Program-made: the position numbers and the translations under genes
Notes under the pieces: generated by a model
Seen by the model: only the letters and a program-made list of their open reading frames with translations
Told to the model about the DNA's origin: nothing
Database searches by the model: none
Assembly: GCA_051532035.1 (NCBI GenBank)
Contig: JAOPTW010000089.1
Coordinates: 1-43,733 of the forward strand
Length of the DNA stretch: 43,733 nt
From: Fibrobacterales bacterium
GTDB lineage: Bacteria > Fibrobacterota > Fibrobacteria > Fibrobacterales > JAOPTW01
Reading direction: 5' to 3'
In this document: positions 41,115 through 43,733 of the stretch, piece after piece
Numbering within the stretch: the first letter of the stretch is position 1
Layout of the letters: each line of letters starts with the position of its first letter

Positions 41115-41145
41115 AAAAAAGCACCCATCCATAGGACAGGTGCTT
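41115..41145 (-). terminator. Rho-independent terminator
   Basis: - strand aagcacctgtcc-tat-ggatgggtgc followed by T6, downstream of the PLD remnant. Confidence 0.65.
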
Positions 41146-41176
41146 AACAAACCAAAAATGACCAACCGGGTACCCC

Positions 41177-41415
41177 TTACGAACTAAACCGCTCGATCTC
41201 CCGTCGACAATCCAAGGCAATCTCCCCCTGCCTAACCCGTGCAACAGCATTATCCTCAAACACATCACCCACTATAACAATATTCTCATCATTGGTCCGA
41301 TTAGCAGGCTCCGTGTAATTAAACGACCCAAAGATGGTGACCGCATCATCAATCACCATAAGCTTATGATGTAACTTACCCAGACCATTGGTGTTACCTG
41401 CTTGATACAGAGGTT
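41177..41415 (-). pseudogene. C-terminal remnant of a phospholipase D-family protein
   Basis: Extended frame reads GLGKLHHKLMVIDDAVTIFGSFNYT..AN..NDEN (HxKxxxxD + GSxN); 5' end lost at a purine tract (41416-41458). Confidence 0.8.
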
Positions 41416-42006
41416 CTCTCTTTTCTCTTTTTCTTTTTTTCTTTTTCTTTTTCTTTTTAATGTAATTCCCAGGGTGCCTAGTACTGGTCGCAGATTAAAT
41501 CTGCTGCTCGTACATGCAACCGAACTGGACTCGGCCAGATCTTTTGTCTCCACAAAAGGCTGGACAAAAGGGATTCTTGCAGAAAGCCTCATTACAAATG
41601 CTTTGTACATCTGGACCAGGTTACGCTGATCTGTACCTACTATGAGTTGTTTGGCTTCTCTATTACTGAGCATAAAATATTATCATGCACATGGTGTAGC
41701 TTTAACCTTTCAGTTGTGTTTGGGGTAATCTGTACTTCGTTGTATGGTATCGCTATGCATGGTCGCGACTGTAATGTATCTGTACATCAACAAGCTGTAA
41801 TTGATCCTTTCGAATGCGCTGCATACTGCAATACGCGCTCCGCACATGAATTAAAGAAGGCCCAGACACAGAACCCCATAAAGAATCCTGCGCCCGAACC
41901 CACAGTGCGAAGCACATTACACAACACATCCGCAACGATCCCCTATACCAATATCAACAACCCTCACTCCTACCACCAGCAAAGGAAAAATTCCATTTTT
42001 TGTTTG

Positions 42007-42462
42007 TTATTCGCTGGTTCCAACGGAAAATGATATATTGTTATCTTGTGAAATTTTTATCAATTGATTGATCATTGGCTGAGGAAATTTACTGGCACAA
42101 AAACTAAACTGATCTGAAGTTGTAGCAATTTCAAGTGATTCATATAAGGTTGTTGCTGTTGTAACAAATTTAAGGTTTGTTGTATGACTACATTCTGTTT
42201 TTAATGACCATTCTTGAATATTTTCCCAGTATAGTTCGATGGCATCTTTTTTGAAGCCAGAAATTTTGATTGATTGTTGGGATAAAGAAATACTTTTAGT
42301 CTTTTTCATTATTTCAATGAACGCGAATATAATTCCATATATTCCAATAATAAAAGCATATTGATTGGGCCTTTCAGACAACAAAGACAACAATAAAATA
42401 CAGCCAATGAAGGTGTAGAAAAATATTTTTAAATTACTTCTAGTTGTGATGGTATATTTCAT
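42007..42462 (-). CDS. Membrane hypothetical protein (cassette gene)
   Basis: Two N-terminal TM helices plus a PH-like tail; stop codon overlaps core-site-like AGCGAATAAC. Confidence 0.65.
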   Translation of the reverse strand: MKYTITTRSNLKIFFYTFIGCILLLSLLSERPNQYAFIIGIYGIIFAFIEIMKKTKSISLSQQSIKISGFKKDAIELYWENIQEWSLKTECSHTTNLKFVTTATTLYESLEIATTSDQFSFCASKFPQPMINQLIKISQDNNISFSVGTSE

Positions 42463-42501
42463 AGCTTCTCGAAAAGCTTTTAAATGAATTAGATGTGTAG
42501 C

Positions 42502-42621
42502 GAATAACGGTTGAGTTGAGCAGATTTGCGGTTGTCTATAAATTAGATAAAATGGAGCGGACCGCGGATATCTAATTTATAGACAAGTGCAAATACCGAC
42601 TCCATATACGATTTGTTATGT
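42502..42621 (-). mobile_element. attC-like integron cassette recombination site
   Basis: - strand ACATAAC...GTTATTC, ~120 bp, with a perfect 18-bp inner inverted repeat (42532-42549 / 42569-42586), lying between two co-oriented small genes. Confidence 0.7.
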
Positions 42622-42636
42622 GGCTCTTTGGCGGCG

Positions 42637-43125
42637 CTATAAGTAATGGTGTATATTAGGTAAGGTTTGGTTAAGGTTGTCACTAAATGATGTATATAAA
42701 ATAAAGCTGTTTAGGTTTGGTAAAACCAACATTAATAAGCACAAAATGAATAGTGAATCCTGTTCAGATTTCATAGACTTTTTTCTTCTATAAATTTCAA
42801 TTACTCCTAATACCAACATAAAGAGGGAGCCAAACCCTCCAAACACTTGCATTAATACCATTCCGACCATATCATGTGTTCCTGGCGCATAAAACCAATC
42901 TAAAGTATGACTTAGGCAAAATGTCAATATTATGCATCCAAGTAAAAACTCAGATTTCATTGGGGTCTGAGATTTCCTGAGGATTAACTTTCCTGAAAGC
43001 CATACAAGAAACGGAAGCAGAAAGGGAGTTCCGAGCATAATTCCAAATGGTGGATTAGACAGGCTTAATACTTGTACTAAAAACACGAAAAATAGCGAAG
43101 TAAATGATGTCAAAGCCAGGTACAT
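42637..43125 (-). CDS. Multi-TM hypothetical membrane protein (cassette gene)
   Basis: About five hydrophobic segments; flanked by GTTATATGGC and GCCACATAAC on the - strand. Confidence 0.65.
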   Translation of the reverse strand: MYLALTSFTSLFFVFLVQVLSLSNPPFGIMLGTPFLLPFLVWLSGKLILRKSQTPMKSEFLLGCIILTFCLSHTLDWFYAPGTHDMVGMVLMQVFGGFGSLFMLVLGVIEIYRRKKSMKSEQDSLFILCLLMLVLPNLNSFILYTSFSDNLNQTLPNIHHYL

Positions 43126-43379
43126 TGTTAACCTTTTAAGATACGGTAAAGTTTATTCTAAGAACAGCCATATAACTCTTATTATACAGAAGGTTGGTTT
43201 ATGACAAATAATCTAGCAATTTCCAAATAATCCAGCACCCTTCCCCACTTCTGATCACTCATTCCAATTGAATAAACCATTTTCCAATAGATAATAACAA
43301 ATAACGGTATTATACCGACCACCCCATAATTCCCCTTGTCTTATAAACACCATTTACGGAGGAGTACTCAGGTACTTAT

Positions 43380-43635
43380 TTACAGAAGTTTGGAATGGAC
43401 ATCACCGCTCGTCAACGAGCTCTCAAGCCTCCAGGCCACCGTTTATTTTGCCCTCACACAGATGAAAGAGTAGAAAGCCATTCGCGACAAGATCATAAAT
43501 CTACTGAGAGACCCCATTAAAGATATACGTGACTGGGCCGACATCGCCTTTAGTAACGCCCCGAGCACCCGCAAACAGTTTAATAGTGACTATGGTAGGA
43601 AACAGTATTTGAATCGGAAGAAGCGGGCTGGGTGA
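43380..43635 (+). pseudogene. Gene remnant with in-frame stop
   Basis: LEWTSPLVNELSS...QMKE*KAIRDKIINLLRDPIKDIRDWADIAF...RKKRAG*; TAG at 43471. Confidence 0.35.
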
Positions 43636-43733
43636 TTTCTGGGGGTGTGGCGATAAAGACAGTTTAGATGGCTATTGTCTCAAAAGGCGGTTTGTCAACT
43701 TAGTTCTGGGCTTCTGAATGAGGGTTGTTTGTG

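Noticed and set aside
41353..42033. ORFs 41353-41673, 41402-41629, 41647-42033 and 41753-41935
   Set aside because: Mutually overlapping, low-complexity or motif-less; probably non-coding
43180..43733. Integron integrase next to the cassettes
   Set aside because: Translation of the + frames shows no tyrosine-recombinase motifs, only a short interrupted remnant; the ORF track lists nothing here

Overview
AT-rich bacterial accessory region. It is probably from a Fibrobacterota-like organism, inferred from secreted proteins with Ser-rich linkers and T9SS-like C-terminal tails. Left part (1-11.9 kb): RDD protein, lipoproteins, a TPR protein, an M6 metalloprotease, an alpha/beta hydrolase and several gene remnants. 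Centre: a divergent rtcR-rtcB RNA-repair pair with no rtcA, abutting a ~17 kb putative defence island. The island's + strand block encodes a mini GIY-YIG, a coiled-coil-TIR, a small partner and three HEPN-like/DUF5677 genes. Its convergent - strand block encodes a PD-(D/E)XK nuclease, a small Cys/His protein, a nuclease-STAND (Avs-like) protein, a frameshifted Ser/Thr kinase, MazG, a DUF2075 helicase-S24 fusion and an ABC ATPase. The island ends at a non-coding array of ~6.5 x 104-bp hairpin repeats. Right part: a secreted beta-propeller-like protein and an OmpA/PG-binding + papain-like + exported protein trio, both bracketed by three copies of a dispersed element. These are followed by a PLD remnant and two integron-like cassettes with one clear attC-like site. 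No rRNA, tRNA, CRISPR array or intact integrase/transposase was seen. All family assignments are by motif reading only; no database search was run.
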